Below are positions 48,986 through 62,516 of a stretch of DNA of 64,000 bases, piece by piece (positions within the stretch are counted from its first letter, which is position 1; each line of letters opens with the position of its first letter). Location of the stretch: contig NW_026853744.1 of assembly GCF_026571515.1 (NCBI RefSeq), positions 1 to 64,000 of the forward strand, given 5' to 3'. The notes under the pieces were generated by a model. The model searched no databases, had not been told where the DNA came from, and worked only from the letters and a program-made list of their open reading frames with translations. Source of the stretch: Ruditapes philippinarum (lineage: Eukaryota). Both the position numbers and the translations under genes were made by a program.

Positions 48986-50607
48986 TTTAATAACCGATAA
49001 ACAGTTTCTGAACTAGCAGACGACAAGCTATTCTTATCAGTTGAGTTTCAAGTAAAGTTAACCGGTTACATATCTCTCAGTATAAGTTGTATGTAAAATG
49101 GTGTGACAGGCAGTATAGTTTAGGTACCTTCAGTTTCAAAAGGGGGAGAATAGTCTGACTACCTATGCTTTACAATTCTCGGTCTTACCGCATACAGCAC
49201 TTTCAGTGCTTTGATTTTCTTACAGTAGTGCTAAATTTATCTGTATTGAAAAAGAAATAACAGTTGAACTTCGGCCGAGTATCTTTATTAAAGATATTTC
49301 TTGGGGTTTTTGTTGTTGAAATGGTTCGTGAGTTAAGAACCTAGAATCAATTTGGTAAAATTTCATTGTTTTTATGGTTTTGAATAACAGTTACAGCAAA
49401 AAAAAAACATATCTTGTCCAGTAATATGATGTTTCCCGGTAGTCTGGAAAATATTTGTTATCACTTCATAAAATGTGTTAATATTCAAATATTTGCAGGA
49501 TAAATTTCAAAGCGGCCTTAGTTATTTAAGCAATGCAATGATAATCAAGGAAAAGTAATCAATATGAAAATTCCTGGAAACGCTTTTGTTTAATGTATTC
49601 AATTCTGGCACAAGACTTTTCATCGTGTACTTTTTCGAACGAAGTCCGTCTAAGAACGGGTTGACTTCCTGTAAAATTTACAGGGAAGAACTGAATACGA
49701 GTAATGGTTTCACTGGTCATTTAGAAATACATACTACAATCTGGATATTTCATTGGCCATTCTCAAATTAGTATAATAATGTAAAGGATATTTCTGAAAC
49801 GTAAACACATCCAAACTATTAAATAACCTAAAGAATTATATAGCACAAACTTTCTAGTTATCAGATATTTGAAATATGTGAAACGTGCTTCCGCCCGCTG
49901 CTTTTAAAATTTCATTTATTCTTGAATAGCTCATTGGACTTAAGAAGTTACGTAATTAGTTATTAATGACTTTTTACAGGTTAAAGTTTTGTACAAAATA
50001 ACCAATAATGCTCACGATCCCATACATAACTCATGTGCATACCAAAAGACATGAACTTTTCTGGTACTCTCAAAAGAATTTGTTCATTTTTCATGATATT
50101 ATACATGTATGATTATTGATGTGTTCAAATTGATATAAATTAAAAAGCAAAAACACTTATATTTGTACACGAGTACGGAAGTAAAGGGTTCAGTTAAAGA
50201 AACGCGACAGTTTCATTTTAAAACATATTTTCTAGATCTAAACATTAATTTAAATTACTGAACTCCGACACAGCGTATGCAAGTAAAAACAGTTGTACTT
50301 CGTTCGAGTATCTTTTAAAGTAATACTTTCTTGTTTCTTTTTCAAGTTTATGCATACCTTAAGCTTACAATAAAAGTTTCGAATTTCTGAAAGATATGGT
50401 TTTCAAAATCATATACACCAGTATTCCGTGTTTGTATAATTTAATAGAAATAACAGAATCATTACTTAGTATTCATCAACTATAGCATCAGTATTTAAAA
50501 GTATTTACGTGAAAAAGGTAAAGCTTTTGTTATTTTTAATCATTCATACTGGTATTTCAATTTTAAAGAATTACTCATTCAACAACCCCTACTATATAAA
50601 AATAAAA

Positions 50608-51546
50608 ACTTTTGTTTTCTTGTTGTTTGTTGCTTTCAAATCTCCGGGGTGTGTTTATATCGTTGTTATGATCGCAAGTCTATTAAATAATTGCTAATGA
50701 ATTAAGTAGAGGTGTTAGTCATAATAAACAGCCTTTTTATATTTTTTCCTTTATGGGAAAGGTTGAAATTTACAATATTAACCCAGTTGAACCATGCCTG
50801 TTGTTTCTTTACAGTGTTATTTCTGCATTCTTATACAAAAAAATAAATGTACATTAGAAACGTCCGGTGTTCTACTTAGACCATTTCTTTCTAATGTTTT
50901 GAAAAAAATGTCATCATCGTAAAAAGCGATTATCGGAACTTACTATCACTATTCCAGGAATGCCAATAACAATAACTTCAAAGTCTCCATAACCAAAACA
51001 ATACTTTGAAAGTAAAACCCTTATTGCAGGATCCCTTATCCCTTGATCTGCTGCGGCAACTGATTCTGCCAATGTCGTCTGATCATTGTTCGCTATTTAG
51101 TCAATATATTACAGAACTTATTCTTAAAACGATAAATAGCCGTGTCCAGAGTGAAAGATTGTCAAGTACATTTAAGATATTTAGGTAAGGGTACAAAGAC
51201 AAAATGAAAGTTCCAACACAGCCAAATTAAAGCTGATGTAGGGCCGGCTTGCCTGAGCCTGTTATTGGACAGTTGTGGTAAGTTCAAACTACCGTCCACT
51301 CACACAATTAACTTCATTCCCAGTGAGGAGTTACTACAGTAACTGCAAGGTTCAATATTAGCTGATAGGGTCATTAGCGATACATAGTGGGCCTGTAATA
51401 GTAAAAGTGGTGTCATGACACTGCTGAATGTAATAAATTCTAATTAGATAGGAAAGTCTCCATTGTCGGTTTCCTCTCTGTTTCCTTTACTTATAATATT
51501 AACATGTAGATAATCAGAAAATGTTTAGGGCAAAATATAAATTTTC
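50608..51546 (-). repeat. Right arm of the inverted duplication
   Basis: Reverse complement of 46601-47575; 51248-51367 is identical to 46796-46915. Confidence 0.9.
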
Positions 51547-52540
51547 ATTCAATTTAATTTCGTTAAAAACATACATACATTTAAGAGATTATAAGTTGAT
51601 GTAAAAGACACGCATGAACAAAATTATCTGAAATATAACATTTACAAATATGCTATCACGTCACTAAATGTGTAAATAAAAGATATTATGAGAGTATAAT
51701 ATATTGTTGAGAACAAAACTAACTCATTTGGAGGAGTACACAGCCACCAGACCTATATTGGACGGGGCGCTAGCCATTTTACATCTGTGTATGAGTCCAG
51801 TTGAATCAAATATAATAATAAAATTTTTAAATTTGGGTGAACCCTAAGCAAATTTAAAATAAAACCCCTTTTAACTGAAAAATTTTTTAAAAAGCGAGAA
51901 AAAAGAGTGTTTAACAAAGTCCGTAGCTGGGACAAGGGGGCCCTTTTCAATAGAAAAAAATTGTTATTTTTTGTTCAATTTGGTTTTGGTCGGGAAAACA
52001 TTACACTGCTGAATGCTTTATTCCGATAGGAAAGTCTTCATTGCTGGTGAAAAGTTTAACCATTTTTTGTTTTCTTTATCTAAACAGGATTATTTTCTAA
52101 TTATTTAAATTATTGTTAGCACTACTAATACCGAGATCTATTCCTTTGCGCCGAAGATTATTTATGTTTACAAACATAAGCCAGGGAGGTTTATTACACG
52201 TCTGATTACAGAGACATAGATAACATTTACATCTCTGCTGATAAGAACATAATTAATTGACTTAAAAAAACTTCTGCAATATTATATATACAAAGAGAAG
52301 ACTTTATAATTATGACATAGCACAACTAACCTATCCCATTTTCTTGCATTGTGGACGTAAATGGGAGCTCGCACTTCCCACTTCTTTCGTTAAACGAGCT
52401 TGCAACAGTTCCAACTTTGACGTGTTAGGTGACATATCATTTTGTATTGTAGACCCCCTCGGATAACATATCATTTAAAACTGAATCTTGCTTAGTAATG
52501 ATAAATTGTTAAGAAACCATCGATTTCAATGTGTATAATA

Positions 52541-54657
52541 ACAAGGGTGCCATAGTCACAAAATACGCCCGTTTACGAAAGCTTTAGATGGAGATGGGGG
52601 CATTATGGATAAGTGTTATCTAGCAAGCAAGTTTTTATTCTTGGCACTGTGTTGTTAAATGAACCTTAAAACAAATCAGTAGGGAAGATATGCACAGGAT
52701 GTGTGACCTTGACCTTGGTCGCAGGGACCTGAATTTTATGCACGGCACTCAGCCTCACAATGATGAACATTTGTGCCAAATTATATTGAAATCCCTCTAT
52801 GCATGTAGAAGTTTTGCTCCAGACAAGCGTTTTTCTATGAGCTCTAACTGTGACCTTCACCTTTGACCTAGAGACCTGGATCATGCATGGAACAATACAT
52901 ATCATGGTGGTGAACATTTCCATAAAGTATTATAAAATTCTTTCATACATGTAGGAGATATGCTCCAGACAAAATCTGGATATTTCACCATCTTTAGTGA
53001 CCTTGACCTTGCATATATTGACCTAAAGTACATGTGTCACAGCCGTAGTCATGATAATGACCATTTGTGTTACAATCCCTCAATAAATGATGATTAAATC
53101 GTCCCTATACACATCTTCATATTTTTATCTAATCTTTGACCTCTATGTGTGACCTTGACCTTGACTGCAAGGACCTGAATTTTGTGCGCGACACTCCGCC
53201 TCACAATGGTGAACATTTGTGCCAAGTTATATTGAAATCCCTCTATGCATGTGGAAGTTTTGCTCCGGACAAGCGTTTTTCAATGAGCTCTAAGTGTGAC
53301 CTTGACCTTTGACCTAGAGACCTAGTTCCTGTGCGTGACATGGCTTCTCATAATGGTGAACATTTCTATGAAATTTCATTAAAATCCCTCCATGCATGTA
53401 GGAGATATGCTCCGGACAAAATCTGGATATTTCATCATCTTTAGTGACCTTGACCTTGTATATATTGACCTAAATTATATGTATCACAGCCATAGTCTTG
53501 ATAATGACCATTTGTGTTACAATCCCTCAATAAATGATGACTAAATGGTCCATATACACATCTTCATATTTTTATCTGAACTTTGACCTCTATGTGTGAC
53601 CTTGACCTTGGCCGCAAGGACCTGAATCTTGCGCGCGACACTCCGCCTCACAATGGTGAACATTTGTGCCAAGTAATATTGAAATCCCTCTATACATGTG
53701 GAAGTTTTGCTCCGGACAAGCATTTTTCAATGAGCTCTAAGTGTGACATTGACCTTTGACCTAGAGACCTGGTTCATGTGCGCGACACTGCTCCTCATAG
53801 TGGTGAACATTTCTATGAAGTTTCATGAAAATCCCTCCATACATGTAGGAGAGCTGAACTGATATTTACTTGAAAATTAAAATATAATTAAATTTCTATG
53901 AGAAAGTATTTACATTTGATAAGGTAATTACTGTATGATCTTTATGAACAAACACCAAGTCTACAGAACACCATAGTAATCACAGTTAAGAATCTTGACC
54001 AATGAATGAAACATGTGTAAATAAATGTTACATTCTTTAGAACATACTCAAGTCCAAGAAAGAGGATTATTTTATGCCCTTTGATTAAATTCTATTTTTA
54101 GAATTGAAAGTGAAAGTAGATCAAGGGGAGTAATTGTGTAAGTCATTTATGAACAAAGTAATAACTTTGTTTGTCGCCCTTTGATTAAATTCTATTTACA
54201 AAATCTGGATATTTCATCATCTTTAGTGACCTTGACCTTGTATATATTGACCTAAATTATATGTATCACAGCCATAGTCTTGATAATGACCATTTGTGTT
54301 ACAATCCCTCAATAAATGATGACTAAATGGTCCATATACACATCTTCATATTTTTATCTGAACTTTGACCTCTATGTGTGACCTTGACCTTGGCCGCAAG
54401 GACCTGAATCTTGCACGCGACACTCCGCCTCACAATGGTGAACATTTGTGCCAAGTAATATTGAAATCCCTCTATACATGTGGAAGTTTTGCTCCGGACA
54501 AGCATTTTTCAATGAGCTCTAAGTGTGACCTTGACCTTTGACCTAGAGACCTGGTTCATGTGCGCGACACTGCTCCTCATAGTGGTGAACATTTCTATGA
54601 AGTTTCATTAAAATCCCTCCATACATGTAGGAGATATGCTCCGGACAAAATTGGACG
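52541..54657 (+). mobile_element. HINE-like satellite-bearing element (gtgaccttgacc family), ~440-bp composite units
   Basis: acaagggtgcc start; repeated GTGACCTTGACCTT units; 53417-53850 nearly identical to 54198-54635, separated by ~340 bp of unrelated sequence. Confidence 0.65.
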
Positions 54658-56673
54658 CTGAAATCGCTCACCTGAATATAGAAACTCTCAAAGACAAGAA
54701 ACAAGTAATATTGTAAACTATAAACAAAAGCAGATATAAGATCAACTGATATCACAAAGTTCATATTTGTATCTGAAATAATGCATGTGAAACAAGAGGG
54801 CCATGATGGCCCTGAGGTCGCTCACCTGTATATAGCTCCCCCCCCAACCCCCACCCCCCAACCTTGCAGGGCCAATTTAACCCAAGGGCTTTTATTTGCA
54901 CAAACTTGGTAGACACCCATAAGAAGATGTTTCATGCTAAACATCTAAGCTCTAGCTCATTGGGCTTTTTAAAAGAAGATTTTTTTTTAAGTTTTTACTA
55001 TACACATGTAGTTAAAAACAATGACACCCCTGGGGCCGGGCCAGTTTTGACTCCAGGGCTTTTATTTGAACAAACTTTGTAGACACTTACTAGAAGATGT
55101 TTCTTGCTTAATATCTAAACTCTAGCTATTTGGGTTTTTTCAAAGAAGATTTAAAGTTTTTGCTATACACATATAAAGAAAATCAATGACCCCCGGGGCG
55201 GGGCCAATTTTAACCCCAGGTCTTTTATTTGAACAAACTTTGTAGACACTCACTAAAAGATATTTCATGCTTAATATCTTAACTCTAGCTATTTGGGTTT
55301 TTTCAAAGAAGATTTTTTAAGTTTTTGCTATACACATATAAGGAAAATCAATGACCCCCGGGGCGGTGCCAATTTTGACCCCAGGGCTTTTATTTGAACA
55401 AACTTGGTAGACACTTATTAGAACATGTTTGATGCTAAATATCTTAGCCATAGCTCTTTGAGTTCTTTAAAAGAAGATTTTTTAAATTATTACAATATGC
55501 ATATAGGGAAAATCAATGACACCCCGGGGCGGGGCCAATTTTGACCCCAGGGCTTTTATTTGAACAAACTTGGTAGACACTTATTGGAACATGTTTTATG
55601 CTAAATATCTTAGCTCTAACTCTTTTGGTTCTTTAAAAGAAGATTTTTTAAGTTTTTACTATATGCATATAGGGAAAATCAATGATCCCCCGGGGCGGGG
55701 CCAATTTTGACCCCAGGGCTTTTATTTGAACAAACTTGGTAGACACCTATTAGAACATGTTTGATGCTCAAAATCTTAGCCATGGCTCTTTGAGTTCTTT
55801 AAAAGAAGATTTTTTAAGTTTTTACTATATGCATATAGGGAAAATCAATGACCCCCCCGGGGCGGGGCCAATTTTGACCCCAGGGCTTTTATTTGAACAA
55901 ACTTGGTAGACACCCATTAGAACATGTTTGATGCTAAATATCTTAGCTCTAGCTATTTGGGTTCTTTAAAAGAAGATTTTTTAAGTTTTTACTATATGCA
56001 TATTGGGAAATCAATGACCCCCCGGGGCGGGGCCAATTTTGACCCCAGGGCTTTTATTTGAACAAACTTGGTAGAAACTTATTAGAACATGTTTCATGCT
56101 AAATATCTTAGCCATAGTTCTTTGAGTTCTTTAAAAGAAGATTTTTTAAGTTTTTACTATATGCATATAGGGAAAATCAATGATCCCCTGGGGCGGGGCC
56201 AATTTTGACCCCAGGGCTTTTATTTGAACAAACTTTATAGACACCTATTAGAACATGTTTGATGCTCAATATCTTAGCCATAGCTCTTTGAGTTCTTTAA
56301 AAGAAGATTTTTAAAGTTTTTACTATATGCATATAGGGAAAATCAATGACCCCCGGGGCGGGGCCAATTTTGACCCCAGGGCTTTTTATTTGAACAAACT
56401 TATTAGACACCCATTAGAACATGTTTCATGCTAAATATCTTAGCTCTAGCTCTTTGGGTTCTTTAAAAGAAGATTTTTAAAGTTTTTACTATATGCATAT
56501 TGGGAAAATCAATGACCCCCTGGGGCGGGGCCAATTTTGACCCCAGGGCTTTTATTTGAACAAACTTGGTAGACACTCACTAGAAGATGTTTCATGCCAA
56601 ATATCTAAGCTCTAGCTCTTATGGTTTTTTAAAAGAAGATATTTAAAGTTTTTTCTTTCGGTTGCCATGGCAA

Positions 56674-59600
56674 AGTTTGATATATTACGTAGTTTCATTT
56701 TGTAATCACAGTGATATAAATTGCTTGTGAATTACTCTTGTGGTTTTAAAGATATTTGGAATTTAAAACTTTGATGATTCTATACATTTTAATATTTTAT
56801 TTTTAAAGCATACAGCAATTATGTGTTTTAGTGAGCGAAACTCGACGAGGATTATATATACACGGTCAGACCTGTATAATATCGGGCAATTACCAAGTTC
56901 ACAAAAAGGACTTAATCATATTATTATCAACACTTTGAAAGGACTTAAGTTAATGCAATACAGAGGGAACAGAGGTGGGCAATATGGGATTAGACGAGCC
57001 TGGGATACTAACAATGGTGTGAATGTTGACAATTTACAGTTACTTTTCCAAGAAATAACAAAAGAAAATCAGAGAAGACGTATAGAAAAATCACTCAGCA
57101 TGTGCAATGTGAAAATTTTAATCCGGGTAAATCTTGAACACAATACAACAGTAAAAGGCCAAACAAACATAAAAATATGTTTAATGAACACACGCTCAGT
57201 GAAAAACAAAACCCTATCCATATGTGACTTTATTCTCTCCAGTGAGTTTGATATATGTGCCATAACTGAAACATGGCTAGGTAGTTCCGTTGATAAGGTG
57301 TGTATCAGTGAACTTGTACCTCCTGGCTACAAAATGAAACATGTCCCGCGTGTTGGTAGGCGAGGTGGTGGTGTAGCTATTATCCATAAAGCTTCTATAC
57401 AAGTCACCACTGAGTCGTCAAGTCAAAGCAAGGAATTCTCACAATTTGAGTTCATGGACTGTAATGTAGTTATTGGGCGGTACTCTATGAGGCTAGCGGT
57501 AATATACAGACCACCTCCTTCTAAACAGAACGGCTTGAATACAAACACTTTCCTTGATCATGAGTGGCCCCTTTTCTTAACTAAGTACGCTACAGTTGAC
57601 AATTCTGCAATCATAGTAGGCGATCTGAACCTTCATCTAGATATACCAGACAACAACGATACGAGAAAATTTACAAGTAACCTTGATGCATGTGGTATGC
57701 ATCAGCATGTACAAGAACCAACCCATGTTGCAGGTCATACATTGGACGTAGTGATATCAAGGGAAACAGACAACATTGTATCAAACATAGAGGTCGTAGA
57801 TCCTGGACTCTCTGATTCAAGTGGAAATATCTTACGTGACCATTTTGCTGTTACATTTGCTGTCAAAGCCTCAAAACCTGCACCGGTACGGAAATTGGTT
57901 TCTTACAGAAAACTTCGCGCAATTGACATTGATTCTTTTCGAGATGACATACGGAAAATGGAATTCTTCAACAAAGAGTGTATCCCTTCTGACATAGATG
58001 GTTTTATGATGGAGTATTTAGACAGTCTAACCTCTATTTTGGATAAACATGCTCCGATGATTAACAAGACTATTACATTGAGACCTGCTTGTCCGTGGTA
58101 TACAGAGCAACTCCACGAAGCCAAACATGAAAAACGTAAAATGGAACGGAAATGGCGTGAAACTAAACTTACAATAGACCATCAGATCTACAGAACACAC
58201 TGTTCTAGTGTGAACAAGATGTTAAAACAAGCTCGTGTAGAATACTATACAAGTAAAATAGAGTCTTGTGGCAATGATCATAAAAGTCTATCTAAGATTA
58301 CCAAAGGTCTACTTGGAGATACAAATGAAGTGATTCTACCATTTGATTCATCTTCAGAGCGCCTTGCCCAGAAATTCAGTGACTTCTTTATCGGAAAGAT
58401 TGAAACAATAAGGAATAACATACGTTCTCAAACACAATCGGTACCTGATAATGTAGATATGGAATCTGAATATACGGGTGTCAAATATACTGTGTTTGCT
58501 CCAACCACAGAGCAAGAAGTAAAAGCATTGATTAAAAAATCAGCCACCAAATCCTGTGAGTTAGATCCCATTCCAACATGGCTGTTAAAAGAATGCCTAG
58601 ATGAACTAACACCAGTGATAACCAGTTTTATAAACGTGTCCTTGGATGCTGCTTATGTACCAAAAATGTTCAAATACTCACGAATAAGACCACTTCTAAA
58701 GAAACCAAATCTAGATCCTAACGAACTGAAAAACTATAGGCCTGTGTCTAACTTGCCATTCCTGTCTAAAATCTTGGAAAAGGTCGTTGACGTACGAATT
58801 GAGAGCTATCTGAAGACAAATAATCTACACGAGGTCAACCAATCTGCTTATCGCAAGTTCCATTCGCCCGAGACTGCATTGTTAAAAGTTCAAAATGACA
58901 TTCTACGGTCTTTGGATAATAACAATGTGACTATTCTCGTGATGCTTGATTTGTCTGCTGCTTTTGATACAATTGATCACGGAACGCTCCTTCGCCGCCT
59001 TGAACGACACTTTGGAATTACAGGCAAGCCACTCGCATGGATGACGTCATACCTGACCGACCGATACCAGACTGTATGCATAAACAACAAACTATCACAG
59101 CCAGTCCACATGGAGTACAGTGTACCTCAAGGGTCTGTCCTGGGACCCAAGAGCTATGTGATGTATACGAAACCTGTCGGAGAAATCTGCCGTAAACATG
59201 ATCTAAACAACCATTTCTTCGCAGATGACTCACAACTCTATCTATCCTTCAAACCAGTGACTAATATTTCAATTCAGAAAAATATAAACCGTATTTGAAA
59301 GATGTCTTGAAGATATTGTAAGTTGGATGAATGCCAACATGCTGAAGCTAAACGGCGACAAAACAGAGTTGATCATCTTCTCATCTGAACATAACGCACA
59401 ACCTGTTTCAGATGTTACAGTAACAGTCGACGGTTCGAAAATTAGCCAATCATCTAGTGTGCGCAATCTTGGTGCATTTCTTGACTCGAACATGAGGATG
59501 GAACAACATGTAAATAATGTCTGTAGGAACTGTTATGCACAATTAAGACAAATCGGTCACATCAGACCCTATCTTACTGTTAAAGCAACCAAATCTCTAG

Positions 59601-60360
59601 TAAATTCACTTGTTACTTCTAGGTTAGACTACTGTAATGCACTGTTATATGGAGTCTCTAAGCAGTCAATGACCAAGTTACAACATGTTCAAAATACAGC
59701 AGCTAGAATTGTGACCAAAACACTCAAATATGACCACATAACACCTATCTTACGTGACCTTCACTGGCTTCCGGTAGAGTATCGGGTCGAATATAAAATT
59801 TTGACTTATACATATAAATCCCTCATCGATCAATCACCAGCTTATATAAAAGACATGATAGACGTGTACATCCCAGTCAGAAATCTGAGGTCCCAGAATA
59901 ACTCAATGACATTAGTTGTGCCTAAAGCTCGGACAGTACGATATGGTGACAGGTGCTTCCAGACAGCCGCAGCGAAATTATGGAACTCGTTACCACCTGA
60001 CATTAGAGACTGTAATACCTTGCCATGTTTTAAGAGAGCTCTCAAAACACATTATTTCATAAAGTTCTATGGACGTTAGTTCATAAATCATCATACATGT
60101 ACTACTTTTGCTATATTATCAGTGTTAATTTTAATTGAGCCTTGATTTTAAACTAAATGTGTCTGTATTTCTTACCATCCTTTACTGGTTTTAGATTATC
60201 ATTATTGTTTAATAGGTTTACTTAATTAATGTTGTACATTATGTCTTATATATATATATATATGATTATGTTTTATTGGATTTATGTAAAGCACTCTTGA
60301 ACATTTATTATTTATGAAAAGAGTGCTATAGAAATGTGGTATATAATAATAATAATAATA
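56674..60360 (+). mobile_element. L2/CR1-group LINE, near intact
   Basis: TSD ATGGCAA (56667-56673, 60361-60367); (TAA)n tail; 3' stem AGCACTCTT (60290-60298) / AAGAGTGCT (60319-60327). Confidence 0.92.
56821..60079 (+). CDS. LINE APE endonuclease + reverse transcriptase, one +1 frameshift at ~59295
   Basis: APE: MNTRS, ITETW, IYRPP, GDLNLH, TLDVV, RDHF. RT: NYRPVSNL, QSAYR, LDLSAAFDT, PQGSVLGP, FADD. Second part KLNGDKTE, VRNLG, SRLDYCN, LHWLP. Confidence 0.9.
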
Positions 60361-60636
60361 ATGGCAACCGGAGTTCTGCATGGAATTAAATTCTTTGAAC
60401 AATTTTTAAAGGTGACCACCAAAGGAACATTCCTGTGAAGTTTGGATGAAATTGGCTTAGTGGTTTATGAGGAGATGTCATTTAAAGTAAAAGTTTACGG
60501 ACGGACGGACGGATGACAGACGGACGGACGCCGGACGAAAAGCGATCACAAAAGCTCACCCTGTCACTTTGTGACAGGTGAGCTAAAAACATTACTGGAT
60601 GCTGTTGCTAAGGGAAAACAACATTTCCAAATAAGT

Positions 60637-61356
60637 TAAATCAATTACCCCGACTGGGCGGGTCAATTTAGACCTCAAGGCCTTTTATTTGAACAAACTT
60701 GATAAACATTCACTAGGAGTGGTTTCATGGTAATATCTAAGCTCTAGCTATTTGGGTTTTTAAAATAATATTTTTTTAAGTTTTTACAATATACATACTA
60801 GTAAAAGGAAAATCAATACCCCCCTTAAGCGTGCCAATTTTGATCCCAGGGATTTTATTTGAAGAAACTTGGTAGAAACTCATTAGGAGATGTTTCATGT
60901 TTAATATCTAAGCTCTAGCTCTTTAGGTTTTTAAAAGAAGATTTGATTTTTTTAAGTTTTTACTATATACATATAAGGAAAATCAATGATCCCCCCCAGG
61001 GTGGGGCCAATTGGGACCCCAGGGCTTTTATTTGAACACACATGGTAGACACTCACTAGAAGATGTTCCATGCTAAATATCTAAGCTCTAGCTCTTTAGA
61101 TTTTTTAAGAGAAGATTTTTTAAAGTTTTTCTTTCAGTTGCCATGGCAACCAGAGTTCTGCATGGAATTAAATTCTTTGAACAATTTTTTAAAGGTGACC
61201 ACCAAAGGATCATTCCTGTGAAGTTTGGATGAAATACGCTTAGCAGTTTATGAGGAGATGTCATTTAAAGTAAAAGATTACAGATAGACGGATGACAGAC
61301 AGACGAATTGTGATCACAAAAGCTCACCTTGTGACTTGGTGACAGGTGATCTAAAA
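60637..61356 (+). mobile_element. 5'-truncated second copy of the 165-bp-repeat HINE
   Basis: About 3 units plus intact ccatggcaaccagagttctg tail and the terminal hairpin; shows the empty site of the LINE insertion. Confidence 0.75.
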
Positions 61357-61499
61357 ATAAATTAACAAGATAAATATACTTCATAATGTGTGTACTAGTA
61401 TAGCAAATCTTGTTAAAAAAGTTTTTGGTCGGGGACATCTTCTATCTACTTGTATCTATAAACTAACAAAAATTCAACCACAAATTAACTATATTTTCT

Positions 61500-62198
61500 T
61501 TATTCCTTAACAACATGTGCAACAACCATTAAATGATCTGATGGGAACAACTCTTCCTCTAGGACTGTGTATGTTAAATCTAACACTGGTTTGAATACTC
61601 GTTTTGTATATATGCTAAATGAATATAGGATGATTAAACATCCAAAAAACTGTATATATGGTGGAAACCAAAACAATGGCCACATCTGACAAAATTTTAG
61701 ACATTGCTGCTTTCTTCCAAAAGTTTTTCCACTGAACTTGCATAACTTTGGATTGAATAAACAACACTTAAATCCTAAAATTGAATGTAAGGTGTCCCCA
61801 TATGAATTTGCACCAATTGTTAAAATTAACACCACTGAATAAAACAAATGAAATAGAACGATGACAAATATAATGAAATGCAGGACTAGATTCTCTAATA
61901 CATCTGAAATGCAATTATCACAGTAAGGAAGCAGACAATCCTTTTTGTTTCCAATAGCAACACAAACCCCACACTGACATGATCCATGGGGTCCACAATC
62001 ATGACTGCATGGATATCCTTCCACTCCTTGATATGACAAGTACGCTGATTGGATGACAGTGGTGAATCTTGACCAATGAACAGCAGCCTTATATCTCTGT
62101 TTATATCTCTCACCATTCCCAATAACTTTTGCATTTTTTACAGAAAGCTTAGACTCCACCAGGATTCTGTCTGGTCTGCTTTCAAATCCAGGAGAAGG
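61500..62198 (-). CDS. Terminal exon (232 aa) of an EEP-superfamily-like protein with Cys-rich and two-TM insert
   Basis: Acceptor tttatcattacag|CCT; SRPDRILV and terminal FPSDHLMVVA motifs; CSHDCGPHGSCQCGVCV; two hydrophobic stretches; upstream exons not identified in the window. Confidence 0.7.
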   Translation of the reverse strand, partial: PSPGFESRPDRILVESKLSVKNAKVIGNGERYKQRYKAAVHWSRFTTVIQSAYLSYQGVEGYPCSHDCGPHGSCQCGVCVAIGNKKDCLLPYCDNCISDVLENLVLHFIIFVIVLFHLFYSVVLILTIGANSYGDTLHSILGFKCCLFNPKLCKFSGKTFGRKQQCLKFCQMWPLFWFPPYIQFFGCLIILYSFSIYTKRVFKPVLDLTYTVLEEELFPSDHLMVVAHVVKE

Positions 62199-62516
62199 CT
62201 GTAATGATAAATCATATGATATCATATGAATCTTATTCATTTATACCTAAATATCATGATGAACAATAAAACAGGTGATTCAAATAACTATCTATGTGGA
62301 AAAGTTGACAATCAAAGAACAAATAATTGCAAATGAGCATTAAAGTTACATTTTAGTTAACCAGCATATATTCTGACAGTTCCATCCCTTTTTCATACTT
62401 TACTCATTAACAGATGAGTGGGAGAGGACACTCATGAGCTTTCATAGCTTTCTGCCCAATCCCAAAATGTATTGTGTTAATATTGTTCATCATGCAAAAT
62501 GTAAATGAACTAAATG

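Larger units (their letters stand above)
54792..60588 (+). mobile_element. Non-autonomous Helentron/HINE element with ~11 x 165-bp tandem repeats, split by a LINE
   Basis: aacaagagggccatgatggccct start; subterminal IR GCTCACCTG / CAGGTGAGC; satellite 54867-56650; (GACG)n; 3' hairpin gctcaccctgtcactttgtgacaggtgagc then aaaa. Confidence 0.8.

Noticed and set aside
52666-55082. ORFs 52666-52923, 53541-53723, 54323-54505, 54543-54764, 54864-55082
   Set aside because: Translations of satellite/HINE units; their similarity to each other reflects tandem duplication
57069-60045. Minus-strand ORFs within the LINE
   Set aside because: Antisense shadows of the APE-RT frame
62199-62240. ATG at 62240 as start of a single-exon 246-aa gene
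   Set aside because: An acceptor at 62199/62198 and the absence of N-terminal EEP motifs indicate a terminal exon
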